Assembly: GCF_040938485.1 (NCBI RefSeq)
Contig: NW_027270997.1
Location: forward strand, 248,001-312,000
Source of the DNA: Diadema antillarum
Taxonomy: Eukaryota
Length of the DNA stretch: 64,000 bases
Reading direction: 5' to 3'
Part shown: piece by piece, positions 12,601 to 24,981 of the stretch
How the letters are laid out: each line of letters opens with the position of its first letter
Position numbering within the stretch: the first letter of the stretch is position 1
Notes under the pieces: model-generated
Told to the model about the DNA's origin: nothing
The model's database searches: none
Seen by the model: the letters and a program-made list of their open reading frames with translations, nothing else
Program-made: the position numbers and the translations under genes

Positions 12601-15600
12601 GACCCCGCAGGATTCTCATCCTCAGCAGCAGACAAGACGAGACCAGCAACAGGGGCAACAGCCGCAACAACTTCAACAGGAGCAGCCGCAACAGCACCCA
12701 CAGTTCAGCCAGATGTTGCTGCAGGAAGCGCAGAACAACCGCGTATCGTCACTGTTGAGGGATATATCTCAGGTAAGGAAACACGTACTGTGGTCCGCTG
12801 ACACTGTTCGAATCCTGCCTGGCGCGTACACCCTAAAACACGCAACTTCACTTTTCAGTCAGGGGTTTTGGATATGGAACCTGATAACACGTCGGTAATA
12901 AACGTCGCAGAGCCCTCTGGAAGAGCAGTGTTTTCATGATAAAGAGCTAGGCCTTATCTTGGGTAGATAGGAACATGCTACTAGCTATTGTGTGCCTAAT
13001 ATACATACTCCTTGCACTCACGTATAATACGGGAGGCATGCGCGTGACGTCTTTTACTGAGAACTTCTGGTGATTCAAGCTGACTGCCAACCTGTCCATA
13101 TTGGATACCTGATATGATAATTTTATGATTATAGTGCACTCCGATTGTAACGAACACGGCTGTAACGAAATTCTCATTACAACGAAGTAAATAATAGTAT
13201 AAATGTATCTTTTTATAATGTACTGTTCGGCTGTAACGAAATTTCGACATGATGAAAGAAAATCGCCGGTACTGAGGACTTCGTTAGAGTGGGAATTCAC
13301 AGTATCATTTTTTTTTTCTTGCTCCCAGTCGTTGCTGTGCGCGGGTTTGACTGCATGATACACGCATTTTGTTGAGATATGATACTTGGTATTATCCATA
13401 GAGCTGTATTATAATAATCCAACTCTATGGTATTATCCTTGATCCGCATAGAGTATGACCATACATTTCATATGATTTCAAGTACCCTATGACCGACGTA
13501 CAGTAAGGATGGGTCAATCAAGAAATCCCGATGGTGAACAGTTCTTGTGAAAACAAAATTATGAGTTGGTACGCAAACTGCTTCCAAGAAGAGAATGATT
13601 GCTTCCTTCGACTAATTTCGTGAGCAAACCCCACTCACAGTCAATACCCCGATGTAACAGCTGATAACTCTAAGATTCGTCAGTTAGCCCTTACAACATT
13701 ATTTTCAATGTCCCATGTGATCCTTATACAAATGAGCATTAGAGGATTTCATCTCACCTCCCTGACACGAGGCATCATATTCTGATGCTTAAAAACAGGA
13801 TCAAGAAAGTTGACTCCCTTTCATCTTTACCATTCCCTTTGGTGTAGCTTCGCGAAAGCCTGACGGACAGCCGCTGCAAGTTGGACCAGCTGAACGACAA
13901 CCACCACGTTCTCTGCGAGGAGAACGAACACCTTGTCCACGAGCTCGAAGCCGCAAACAAGACGATCAAGGAGGAGACGACGTCGCATCAAGACGACGTC
14001 GAGAAGATGAAGGACGTGGCGAGAGAATTGAAGCAAAAGAGAATCGAGCTGGTAAGCAATGACCTTCATCGTAATAGAACTAGGAGGTAAACGTTATCAG
14101 CGTTTTAGAAAGAGGGGGGGGGGGCAGAAATTTAGTTGGAAGTCTCATACTATAGTAGTCTGTTTTAAAGTGCCATAAAGTTAATACAAAGCGGTATCCC
14201 AACAAATATCCTACATGCCATCTATTAGTAGAATAATCGTTTTTAAAACAATTTTTACGTCTGTTTGGCCTAAGTGGCGGGCTTTTTTTTTTTGATAAGT
14301 TGTTCCCCTTTCTGTAAGAGTGCAAACATTTGAGACATACATTATTGAGATTTCTTTACTGCATATTGCTGTTGTGGCTGGCATGTAAAGAAAGATACGG
14401 AATATTGATTTTCACCCACATTTCCTTGATCTTGTATGTATAGTTTTGCACCATTCATTTATAAGATGTAGGAATTTTAGATTTTGTCTTGTCGTTTCTT
14501 CAACAATTTTTTTTTTGGTTATTTAAAGATAGATTATAAAAACGAATTTCTGATTTTGGCGGCCACTTTGGCAGCCAGCTGGAATATGTCAATACGATAA
14601 ACCTAACTATACACAGCCCAGTCGCTGTAAAAACGCTACGGTAAACCATAATATTTTCACAGTTTTCACCATTTATTGTGAAAACATGAATTATGGGAAT
14701 TTACACGTTTCTGGTGGCCGCTTTGGAGGCCATCTTGAATATATGAAAAAAAATATGATGCAAGAGTTGCATTATCCAGAATCAGATTTAGGATTCTAGC
14801 ACCTTTCAAGACGACAAAATAAGGTTAGGTCTAATTTTTGATTTGGCACCTAGACTATAATTATACTTCTATTTTATTGTCGGAGAGAAATGTATATGAA
14901 AGGTGAACTAACCAGCGGTATAGAGTGTCTGCTGTGCTTGTTGGTGCCACAAAGACTTTTCCTGTCCCTCATCTGGACAGTTTTGCGATCGCCCTGTTGG
15001 TTTTGTTTCCTGATTGTGGGGGTGATGTATGAGGCTGCTTGGCTTCGGATTGCTGTGCGTGAGGGCGGTGGTTGTGGTGGGGTTGGTGGTGTATCTGTCT
15101 GTGTGTGTGTTGTTGTTGCTGTTGATTTTCTGGTTGTTCCTGTGATGGGTGTGTCCACAGTGGCGTGAGGAGCTTGTGCCGCACGTCCAGTCACGGCGAC
15201 CACCAGGGAGAATTCCGCCCGACCATCTGGGGGTTGCATCTCTTTTATTGACTTCTGGGTGTTCTGCATGAATGATCCCGAGTACCCTAGTCTTTCTTGC
15301 CAGCCGCTTTCTCTAAAATTTAGAGAACACAGTGTCCAACAGCACGAATAGCCTAGTCTCTTCTTTCCAGCAGTTTTGCAGAAATGCGGAGAGGACAATC
15401 AAGTCCTAGAGAACAATTCCATTATGTAGGGTGCTATGAAAAAGACTTGCGTGTGAAGACCAAACCCCTTATTGTCCGGATCAAGTGCCCACGATAGCTA
15501 CAAAATAAGACATAACCCCCTCGAAACCACAACCCAGAGTTCGAGAGATTCTCTATACAATAGGTTGTGAATAGTGATGGCAGTTTCAATACGTTTGTAA

Positions 15601-18600
15601 GTATACCTTACCCGTCGATGAAAAGGAACTATGGACACCAAGTATTCCCAATTAAGTATGGTCAAGGTTTGAAGTTCAAAAGACTGACCAGTGTGGACAA
15701 TGGATAATGCAAGCCGGGTCTTCTATCAATGTACGGATTAAGTAAGAAAAGCATGGTTTAGTCTCGAGGCTTACTGCCGGTATTCATTCGCTCAGAATGC
15801 ACGAATGCAGAGTCACGCCTATAACACACAAAGCAAGGCTCAAATTGCGCCTCTTTTATTAAATTCAGTACTGGAAGTTTGAGATCTAATGCACACCTAG
15901 CTATCTCTTACACTGTTGATAAGATGAGCTCATATCTGTTCGTTCGAATACTGTTCATGCCTAATGATATCCGCTTTAAGACATAATATTTTCTTATTCA
16001 TGATAACATTTGTCATTCTCCCATGAACTCTTCGACACATGATTATCATTTTAAAGGTACAGACGGTTACCGTAGAGTAGAATGTAGTTACAGTCAAACC
16101 TGCTTTAGCGGCCACCTGTCTATAGCGACCATCTGTCTATAGCGGCCACTGCAAAATCCCCCCGAGAGAAAAGCCCTGTTGAAGACCCTGTGTATAGCGG
16201 CCACCTGTCTAACGCGGCCGGCGGCCACAAATTTTGTTTCCCGCGGTAGATTTTAACCTGTCTATAGCGACCAAAAACCCAATGGAGCCGTAGCCGAGCC
16301 GATAATTCAGAGTGTTTTTCTGCTCTTAGCCGTGCGGGCAACGTTCAGTGATCGCTATCGCTGCATTCATCCCTCATTCAGTCATAACGATAATACACAT
16401 ACTATATACTGTGCAAAAATTTCCTATACACCGGCATGGTTAAATGCATGAAACACACGGTGTGTGCATATACGTACACACATATATGTACATAAGGATA
16501 CAACGATGATATATGTACATGTAAGCAATGCACACAAAGTTGGATTACCTGTCAAAGCGGCCACCTGTTTATAACGTCCACTTTTTCAGTCTCCCTTGGG
16601 TGGCCGCTATAGACAGGTTTGACTGTATTTCCATTTATTCAAACATTTTTTTTTCTTCAACTATGTAGGCTATGGAAATGCCCATGTTTAGATACAAGCG
16701 CAGTAGTGGCAAGAGTTTATGTATATATTGTTTGTTTTTGAAAGAGTTTTTGGCATTTATTACTGTGGACGTGTTAATAAGTTAATAATGATGATAATAA
16801 TAACAACAATCATCATCATCATCATAATGATAATAATAACAATAATAATAGTAATAATAATGATGATAAGAAATATTGTTATTGTTACTACGATCATCAT
16901 CATTATTAATAGCATATTATCATTGTTACTATTATTATTGTCGTTATTATTATTATCATTATTATTATCATTATCATTTTTTTTGACGCACCTATTTCCA
17001 GATGAAAGCAAGGAAGGTCCAGAAGCAGCAGTGCAAGAGATTGAAGGAGGTGATGGATGCCCTGAGTCGAGCCGAGTCGAGTCGGAACGAGCTGAGCCAG
17101 GAGAACACCCGGCTCGCAGCGGTCTGCCAGGCCAAGGATACTCAAATCGAACTCTTGCAGGCCATCCTCAAAACGAACGGAGAAGAGGTACCCTCTTGCC
17201 TGCGTACCATTTTTTTTTCTTAAAGGCATAATTTACCATTTTGCAGATGGAAAAAAAAAACAGCATTAGTACCTTAACATAGTTCTAAAATATGAGTTAG
17301 GGATGGAAACAACCATTGTCACTATTTGAATCGGTAAAATTGATGTTAAGTACTGTTAAATATACAAAATGTGAACAATAGTTATGATAAAAATGTTTCT
17401 GGACTTAACCTTCTACAGTTACGGTTTATCGAGAAAAATACAGATATCTCCTTATATTCTAGTCTTTATCGCGAAAATTTTAAAGGATAGGAGGTTTTGT
17501 AATACAACAGACCTAAACATATGCATTAAATGTCATATCCTGAAAATTTCCAAATCACTGTTCCCAAAGGTAAATAGGAACTTTAACATATTAAGTTCGG
17601 ATGTGTCATCACTCTCGCAACACCACTTCTTGTGAGTAACCTTGACATTCCGTGTGTTGTAGTTTCCCAGTGGCATTGCCGGGGTTAAAATACAAAAACC
17701 TCATTTTGGCTGATCGTCAAACGATTTGTGATGAGGCGTAAGAAAAATGTTGCCAACAAGGTTTGACTCATCTTGACGTCAGAATAGTGAAGCACTAAGA
17801 AGGTGCAGTCGCTAATTGTTGTTTTCATGTCGTCAACATAATTATGAACTATTACTGTCATACGTATTTGTTGAATCGCAAACTGTAGTTTTTCTGATGT
17901 TCTGCTTTTTTTTTTCCAGGCTAGAGAACATTCTGTCTGCTGCGAGACGACAAACACCTCTCAACCAAGAGATGACACAGAAATTAAAAGCCTTACCAAA
18001 AAACTGTGAGTGCGGTTCGGTAAAACTTGTACAGAAATGAGCAATAACGACTCGGAAGCAAGAGCAAAACAATTACATAAACAGCCTCAATAGCGAGGAT
18101 GAATATCTAAAAACAACATGAATTAATTGCTATCAAATTACTGTACATTGTTTCTGACATGATGGAGCCTGCGTGGTCTAGTGTTCTGGAACTTTTCCTC
18201 TTGTACGACATTGATTTGGACTAATTCCAAGAGTCGGGGACATTCTATACCCGATATGAGATTGCACCAAGATAGCATCCCACATTACACTGTGATGTCA
18301 GAAACATGACTTGACTAAAGAGAAGTGAAAAAAAAAAATCGTCTGAGTCATTTAATTTAGCCAGGACCTATTGTTCGTCGACCTTCTGAGAGATGTATAC
18401 ATTAAAACCTAAAGTCTCTAAAGAGGAATTAAGATTCCATTGCATTTCCAAACTACTAACAAATTACAAGGGCGTAGATTGCATAGAAATGCCAATTTTC
18501 TGCAAAGAAAATCTGTCAGAATTTCACGGAGAAATTAAATTTGTGTTTCTTTCTCTCTCTTTCTCCAGCTAATGATGCGGTTCTTTGAATAGGATACCGT

Positions 18601-20465
18601 GCTAGATACTCCGTTGTGACGAAAAGAATATTGAAAACTATCAACACATGTTTATTAATTTCTCATTTTCTATAGAGTTGCAGCTGAGAGCGAAATACGA
18701 TCCATCAAAGTCATAAACTGTCGACTCAACATCGATCTACAAGTCAAGTGGTGAGAATTATGGCCTAGAGTTCAACGCCAATCGTCTTCAAAATTATTTT
18801 ATAACGGTCGGGGTAAAATCGAGCAAATGAATTCCCCGAAAAGCTGGGTTTAATCAAAATCAGACGTATGAATAAAAAAAAGTTGTAGAATTTCAAATTT
18901 TCCACATTTTTATCGAATCTTCTATAATAGTAGCAAGTCTGTATGCAAACTAGATAACTATATCATGGCCCCACAACACTCCTTCCCACTCCCTCTGACG
19001 TACACACATGGCTTTCAAAAAAAAAAAATCTTTGTCGTCGTCATGAAATTAAAAGTTGCCGTTTTGCTCACATCAGGTTTTTTTTTTTGGTGATGCGATG
19101 CAATAAGTTAGCAATGGTAACTTTGCATGTGAAAAGGCTATCGAATATGAAGTTTTGAGAAAGACCTCTGATTGAGTGTGATGGTAGCTGGTTTGCTCCT
19201 GTGTTATGAAATTATCGAACATCTTATTTTATGCAACAGAGATTTTGCTTGATCATCGTGCCAGTACATGCATATAAACTAGAATGGTAATATGTGAATC
19301 GACATTATATGCCCATTTCAGAATTGTGCAAATGATGGTATTACGTATTGTCCTTAATCCCTCGTACTGCATTAGCTAAACAAAAAAAAAAATCTGTTGT
19401 TCCTTGTCAGTGATTTTCTGGAAAACCAAAAGGCTGAATGCAGTCGTCTTCAAGCCGCCCTCTACGATAAGGAGCAGACAGTCTGGGATCTGACCCGCCG
19501 TCTCGACGACGCCAAGCACAAATTGCAAACCGAGAAACAGTTACGCGTTATTCTCCAACAACGGTAACTACTTAAAAATGTCGATGCCGTTCTAACCTTC
19601 TGCAGCCACATCTTTGGATTTCGGACGAAGCATTGATAGATTAAATTTTTAAAAATCTTTTGAGCGATCACATTCTTTCACGTAAAAACAGAGAATATCA
19701 CTGCATAATCTAAAGCTTATTCTTTGTCAATCACTGCTTATGTGTCCCGTGTGTTTGTATGTGCGTGTGCTTGAGTTTTTATGCGCATGCGTCTGTGTGT
19801 TTTTGATTAAAGGTACTCCCCCATCTCTTGGCCTTTTAGATAGAATTTGAGCAGGAATTATGATGAGTAAGTAATTCATCATTGAAAAGCAACATGCAAG
19901 TGATATTGACCATATGATTTATGATGTCCACGCTAGAATGAAACAGTAAAAATATTACTGTGGTAATGGAGAATTCTTATCTGTTAATAAAATCATATCA
20001 TATTAAAAATGTTATACTATATTTTGAACATTTTTTAGCACAATTTGTTTTTATTAGTACATGAGACTAATAAAAGCTATCGTCATGACATTTGCAACTA
20101 TCAAAAATCTCGATACTTTTGACTTTGTGTGAAGGTATTTGGACAGTGAATGCTGGAAGGGCCCCGTCTGATTATTTTCTGATCGTGACATGATATCATA
20201 AGTCCTTAGATATTATGATTGAATCTTTCTTGCAACTTCTTTTCGCTAGACATGATGACGAGATGTGCGAGGCTAGGTCACGGGCGAGTGCACGGCAGGA
20301 TGAGCAGAGGAGCGAGTCAAATTTTAGGTACATTTTATTACATATCAATTTTGTTTCAACGTGAATGTGAGAAAGACCTTTTGTGATGATCTCATGATGT
20401 CAATAAATAGTTGTGCAATTTATCTGTTTCCTATGGAGATATGATTGTCATCAGTTATCATCAGT

Positions 20466-20496
<31 letters not shown>

Positions 20497-22211
20497 AGCA
20501 TCATCACCATCTTCCTCGGTCGACGTTTTCAATATGGTCGATACAACAAAGACTGATATAATGACAAATTTTCGTTTTCATCGTCATTTCAGTCTTCGAA
20601 GTTATACGTCCATGACCTCGTCATGTATCTGTTAATTTTATGTCACTGGACACGAGATGTTTGGAAAAGAACAGTTCCCCTGATTATCATAGTAATATTC
20701 CAGCGAGATATAATAAGCCCAATATGAGAATAATATTTGAACAATGCAGCAGTGTAATAAAGTCGTTAATGCGACTTTTTTTTACATAGAAATACGTATA
20801 TTTCTGTGAACAGAGTTTTTAGGTACATATATATTTCTGTTTGCATCCATTGTTATCATCTCCCATTATAGCATTGAAGTCCATCGGAGGCTGGCGAAGC
20901 TGGAGGACCTCATCAAGGCTCGGCCGGTCGAGACGGTTAACGCCTCTGATGATCAAAGACAAGTATGTACCGAGGAGGGACAGAAGAAGAGATAAGATAG
21001 ATAGATAAGTAAATAGATAGATCGAGGAATATACAAGATAGATGGATTGGTAAATAGATCAATCAATCGATAGATAGATAGGTAGTAGTAGATAGATAGA
21101 TAGATAGATAGATAGGTCAATAGATGAATAAACAGATACAGACATAATGATGATGTTTTGCATCTCTATTATCAGTGTATATGAGTATCAGTACATGTAT
21201 CATGAAACGTTCAGAGAAGGGGGAGGGGGCGGTGGAGTGGTGGAAGGGGGAGGATAGAAAGAGAGAAGTAGAAGAGAGAAATGATATCATATGCCTAAAG
21301 AAAAGGTAACAAGGAAGAGTGAGGAGAATACAGAGAGACATAATATATTTCCATATTTACGTATCACCAAGTTTATTTATCATCTTCATGCGCGATTGTA
21401 AGTAGAGGGTGACACGTATTTACGAGAGCAAATCACGCATTAGAGAGGGCAGGGTAAATAGGGCATTACTTTGTTTTCAGTGTGTGGTTTTTCCATGTCT
21501 GTTCCGTTTTCCGTAGATTCATGGCCTCAGAAGAGAGATCTGTAAACTGGAGTCATTCCGAGATACAGACCGCATGACTATCGACGAACTGTGCGCAGAT
21601 CTGGGCGAACTCAAAAGTTTGTTGACCCCCGAGAGGCAGCGACCAGCATTCACTGACACTGTCGCCTCGTAAGTAAATTATGACATCATTATCCAGGGTG
21701 CATTCTGACTCGTTATTCATATTCAGCTTTTCACCACAGCCGACATAATTCTCCCTGAAAAGGGTGAGAGATTATTAAATCTTGAGGAAAGCGAATAATG
21801 AAAGTTAACGTAGAACGAAGGTTTATCGCTTTCACAAAGAGCACAAAATGTAGATGAAAGTAACAAAATGTGTTTATCACAGCGATCAAAATTACACTTA
21901 TCTTATTATCATTGTCATCATCACCCTCATCACCACAACCGCATTGTGAGCGCTACAAGACTTTATTTGAATTTGTGCAATTATTACAGATTCCATTATC
22001 ACTAGGCCTACAGTAGAATTGCTAAATCATTTCTGTTGTAAACGTATAAGTGCTAATACCATACTATTATTATTATTATTATTACTACTACTATTTACCA
22101 CTACTACTACTACTACTACTGCCAGCCTAGCACTACTACTGCTACTACAATGTACTATTACTACTACTACTATACTACTACTACTACAATGTACTATTAC
22201 TACTACTACTA

Positions 22212-22259
<48 letters not shown>

Positions 22260-22678
22260 GATGGTCAAACCTGCCATAGCGGCCACCCGTCTGTAGCGGC
22301 CACCTGCCATATACGACCACTAAACTTTATTCCGCCAATAGAAAAATGACGTGAAAGAACCCGTCTGTAACGGCCATCTGTCTGCAACGGCCACTTTTTC
22401 CGTCTCCCTTAGGTGGTCGCTATAGACAGGTTTGACTATACTACTTCCACTACTGCTACTACTACTACGTACTGCCAATATTACTTGTTAGCGTGTTGTT
22501 GTTTTTTCGCAGGTCACCGTCAAATACCGAATCCCGCTCAACGAAGATACAGCGCGCACTTCGAAAGGCAGAGCTGCAGGCCGCCTTGATGACGTCAGTT
22601 TCAAACTACCAATCAACGAAGTCCTTCAACGACTCGCACCATGACATTCCGACGACATCAACCAATGAAGAAACTTAA
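1170..22678 (+). CDS. Large coiled-coil protein (~1325 aa, 23 exons; 5' end uncertain); family not recognised
   Basis: Hand-assembled exons, all AG/GT bounded with matching phases and no internal stop: 1170-1360, 1722-1834, 2269-2472, 2872-3309, 3843-4114, 4613-4739, 5507-5661, 6888-6999, 7789-7956, 8572-8802, 9347-9487, 10165-10315, 11717-11957, 12532-12772, 13848-14051, 17002-17187, 17920-18005, 18676-18750, 19411-19563, 20250-20327, 20872-20962, 21517-21668, 22513-22678 (TAA). Total 3976 nt = 1 + 1325 codons. The translation is E/K/R/Q/L-rich with heptad character (e.g. EQLLSEKQELIKSVQRLEDRL, LEKERNELQESMRQSQVKNEEL). Confidence 0.88.
6251..6913. repeat. Tandem duplication, 2 x ~330 bp, including a splice acceptor and the first 25 nt of exon 8
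   Basis: Units start TTGTTGGTAATGAGATAAATATG at 6251 and 6582 and both end ...TTTAATAG ATCGCAACAGGTAATCCGTAAAGATT; they are near-identical by eye. An upstream (TTG)n tract lies at ~6218-6256. Confidence 0.95.
9730..9977 (-). mobile_element. Degenerate tRNA-derived SINE
   Basis: The minus strand begins GCCGTGGTCTAGCGG (A-box-like), has a degenerate B-box (GTCTTCGAGTACT), then GCCATGGC...GTGTTCGTGGGCAAGACAC, resembling the post-tRNA segment of sea-urchin SURF1-type SINEs (from memory). Confidence 0.5.
10965..11700 (-). mobile_element. 3' UTR/tail of an L2/CR1-like LINE, antisense to host gene
   Basis: (TTCAAG)4 followed by TTTATT on +, i.e. AATAAA plus a (CTTGAA)n tail on minus; hairpin GAGGGGCCCAC/GTGGGTCCCTC at 11192-11237. 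The 5' boundary is uncertain. Confidence 0.5.
13132..13302. mobile_element. Degenerate Tc1/mariner(Tigger)-like MITE
   Basis: Imperfect 23-bp TIRs (TAGTGCACTCCGATTGTAACGAA / TTCGTTAGAGTGGGAATTCACAG, 16/23 match), TA on the right flank, and internal repeats of GGCTGTAACGAAATT. Confidence 0.5.
16091..16625. mobile_element. Tc1/mariner (pogo/Tigger-like) MITE, 535 bp
   Basis: TA|CAGTCAAACCTGCTTTAGCGGCCACC ... GGTGGCCGCTATAGACAGGTTTGACTG|TA: ~26-bp TIRs with a TA target duplication. Confidence 0.9.
16783..16978. repeat. (AAT/CAT)n switching to (ATT/ATC)n trinucleotide tract
   Basis: Read directly; source of spurious I/L-rich ORFs. Confidence 0.85.
17224..17582. mobile_element. Kolobok/T2-type MITE (family copy 1 of 3)
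   Basis: TTAA|AGGCATAATTTACC ... GGTAAATAGGAACT|TTAA; homologous along its length to 41675-42033 and 56052-56429. Confidence 0.85.
20992..21125. repeat. (ATAG)n-rich tract
   Basis: Read directly. Confidence 0.85.
22060..22259. repeat. (TTA)n/(CTA)n microsatellite with an internal ~36-bp duplication
   Basis: CTACAATGTACTATTACTACTACTACTATACTACTA occurs twice within the CTA tract. Confidence 0.9.
22260..22437. mobile_element. Short relative of the 16091 Tigger-like MITE, embedded in a (CTA)n tract
   Basis: GGTCAAACCTGCCATAGCGGCCACC ... GGTGGTCGCTATAGACAGGTTTGACTA, the same TIR family; flanked on both sides by CTA repeats. Confidence 0.8.
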
Positions 22679-22799
22679 CTCATCTGCGAGGCTTGCATAG
22701 TCATGAGGAAACAGTTAGGGGGGTTTCGGAAGATTTCGGAAAGTTTGCATAATAGTTTGTGAAACACACTTCATCACAGTGGCTCCCATGACACCACAA

Positions 22800-22805
22800 A
22801 ATAAA
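22800..22805 (+). terminator. Candidate polyadenylation signal of the coiled-coil gene
   Basis: First AATAAA after the stop, about 120 nt downstream; further AATAAA hexamers occur later, so usage is uncertain. Confidence 0.3.
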
Positions 22806-23608
22806 ACACTAAGCCCATTAACAATGTAAGCACACACGGAAGCCGCATTTGTCATAACTGGAAGGTGTAGTATTCTATAGGAGACAGGGATTTAAGACGC
22901 AAGCCTGTATGCATAACAGCACTGCAGATACCTTGAAAATGTACAACACCATAAAGAACCGAGTTAGACTGTATCACTTATTTCTATAACGAGATCAATC
23001 CATAATTCACATTATGTCTAACATAACTGCAATTTGTTTGACCCTGGTATTTTTCAGGGTTCCTCTTCTAGTATGTTCTTCTATTTTGGTGTACTCTATA
23101 ATCACATGAAAAAAATGGCAGTCCATGCACTCACTGCTCTGAGCTCAGTGCATGATGCATGACTGCTTTTTCAACATTTTATACACATCGAAAAATAAAT
23201 GGACTTGATAGATTCAAAGTGAAGGAGATCATGAAACTACCACGTGTCTGGCACAACATTATTGCAAATAATCATGACCATGATTTACCTTCTGACGTTA
23301 TGCACAACATGTATCATTCGTAAGCAGCAAATAATCATTATTTACTTCACACGGAAATAATAGAGCATGATTATAATGTGAAATTGGTTGGATTCTTCAT
23401 GTTGTGTATTGTCATTAGTCTCATTATTTGGACTACTCACACAGTGAACATGAAAGGAGTGAATCGAGTAGAGAATTGAAGAAACAAACAAAGGAACGAA
23501 CAAACAAACAAACAAACTAGAAAATCCGCATCATTCCTCACGGAGACGAAGTGAAAGTATAGTGCTGGGCATATCCGAAAAGAGAAAGTTACAAAAGGGA
23601 TTCTAGAA

Positions 23609-23648
23609 AAGAGAGAGAGGGGGAGGGACGGGAAGAGAGAGAGAGAGA

Positions 23649-23689
<41 letters not shown>

Positions 23690-23708
23690 GAGGGAGGGGG
23701 GGTGGGAA
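23609..23708. repeat. (GA)n plus poly-G purine tract
   Basis: Read directly; lies between the two convergent stop codons. Confidence 0.9.
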
Positions 23709-24242
23709 GTATGAAAGAGAGCGAGCACCCAAGCTCAATAGCTTTCTTGTCGACTTTAACTTTTCATTCATTTCGGTCACTCCAAACAGTTGGGGAGGGA
23801 CATTATTAAGTAGAATAATAATATACATACGAAGAATAATATGAAATGGCAGAAAAGCGGCAAGTACATTAATGTCATTAGTTTCAACGAAATAACTCGT
23901 GATAAGTATGAGTAATAATATAGTTATTACAACAGGTAAGGGGGAAAGACAAAAATAAACATATCAAAGTATCTGTGACGAACTTGTTACAACTTTCAAG
24001 TTTATTTTCCACTTCTCATAAAATATCAAATCAATGTAAGATTGCAAAGTATTGCATTATGTACAGAATGAAGCAATCATTGACATATTTACTGTACATA
24101 AGCATTCAAATTGTGTAATTCAGAATTGGAAATGAGAGTACTGAAGAGAAACTTGATATGCCATCAACCTTTCGAGACCGAGCTCCATACAAACAATATA
24201 AGAAAAGTGAAACAGTGAAAACATAATCAGATATCAATTTAA

Positions 24243-24580
24243 GGGATGGTATATGTATTTGGTTGAGGTGAGAATTCATTTTATAACTTTTTTTTTGTGT
24301 GTGAGATATTTAAAAACTACCATATGAATTGTTAAAAAGTAAACAATTCAAAGAGGTATTAAAAGTTTATTTGATGAAAATCGGTTTCGAAATGGCTGGG
24401 ATATACAAAAAGAAAGTAAAACAAAGGGATCCTTATCAAACGGGTGGAATTGGAATAGCTCTTTTTTTTTTAGATATCTCAGCCATTTCAAAACAAATTT
24501 TCATCAAGTAAGCTTTGAATTCTTCTTAGAATTAAATGCTCTTTCATATTTCATAAGAGGTTTCTATCATCTCCAAAAAT
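24243..24580. mobile_element. Palindromic TTAA-type MITE, right arm truncated
   Basis: Starts TTAA-GGGATGGTA; inverted arms TTTGATGAAAATCGGTTTCGAAATGGCTGGGATAT (~24370-24404) and GATATCTCAGCCATTTCAAAACAAATTTTCATCAA (~24473-24507). Confidence 0.7.
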
Positions 24581-24816
24581 CAAAGAGAAATGGGGATATT
24601 ATGCAAAGTGAAACAATCTACGATTACACATTGTTTGTTTATGCAATAGTTTGAAATCAGCTGCAACTTATATTTTCCTCTGACTGATGGCAATCGATAC
24701 GGACAAACTGTTAGCTATCAAAGTGAAATCAGACACTGTTACTTTCAATAAGTGTACCTTTTTATAAATGTGGGTGTCACAAATATGACAGTCTATTACA
24801 ATGCCTTCCGCTTACT

Positions 24817-24981
24817 CTGTAAAACATGATATATTCGCGGCACGAAATTTTCGCGATTTGCCACTGGCGTTCAATGCATATAATGTAGACAAGAAACTTC
24901 GCGTGCATTTTAATTTCGCGAATCTTGGCGCTCGCGAAATTCGCGAAATTAAAATGCACGCGAACATTCCTCGTTTTACAG
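24817..24981. mobile_element. Small MITE with CTGTAAAAC/GTTTTACAG termini and an internal perfect palindrome
   Basis: 9-bp terminal inverted repeat with TA on the right; internal 26-bp perfect inverted repeat TTCGCGTGCATTTTAATTTCGCGAAT / ATTCGCGAAATTAAAATGCACGCGAA (~24898-24964). Confidence 0.8.

Noticed and set aside
14874-15398. 174-aa ORF on the minus strand as a nested gene
   Set aside because: Partly built from (CA)/(ACC)-type repeats, with no motif or splice support; kept only as an unexplained segment.
15855-15935. Possible RT fragment (QY..FRSN..LAISYTVDKM)
   Set aside because: Too short and needs frameshifts to match the motif; cannot be supported by eye.
20790-20822. 33-nt frame-preserving micro-exon (TAG|...TTTAG|GTACAT)
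   Set aside because: It would leave a 49-nt downstream intron, probably too short, and looks like a local duplication of TATATTTCTGT/TTTTAGGTACAT; no further support.
23119-23167. Small hairpin in the 3' region as a structured RNA element
   Set aside because: Only 8+6 bp of pairing with a bulge, no SECIS or miRNA-like features, and no in-frame TGA in the gene.
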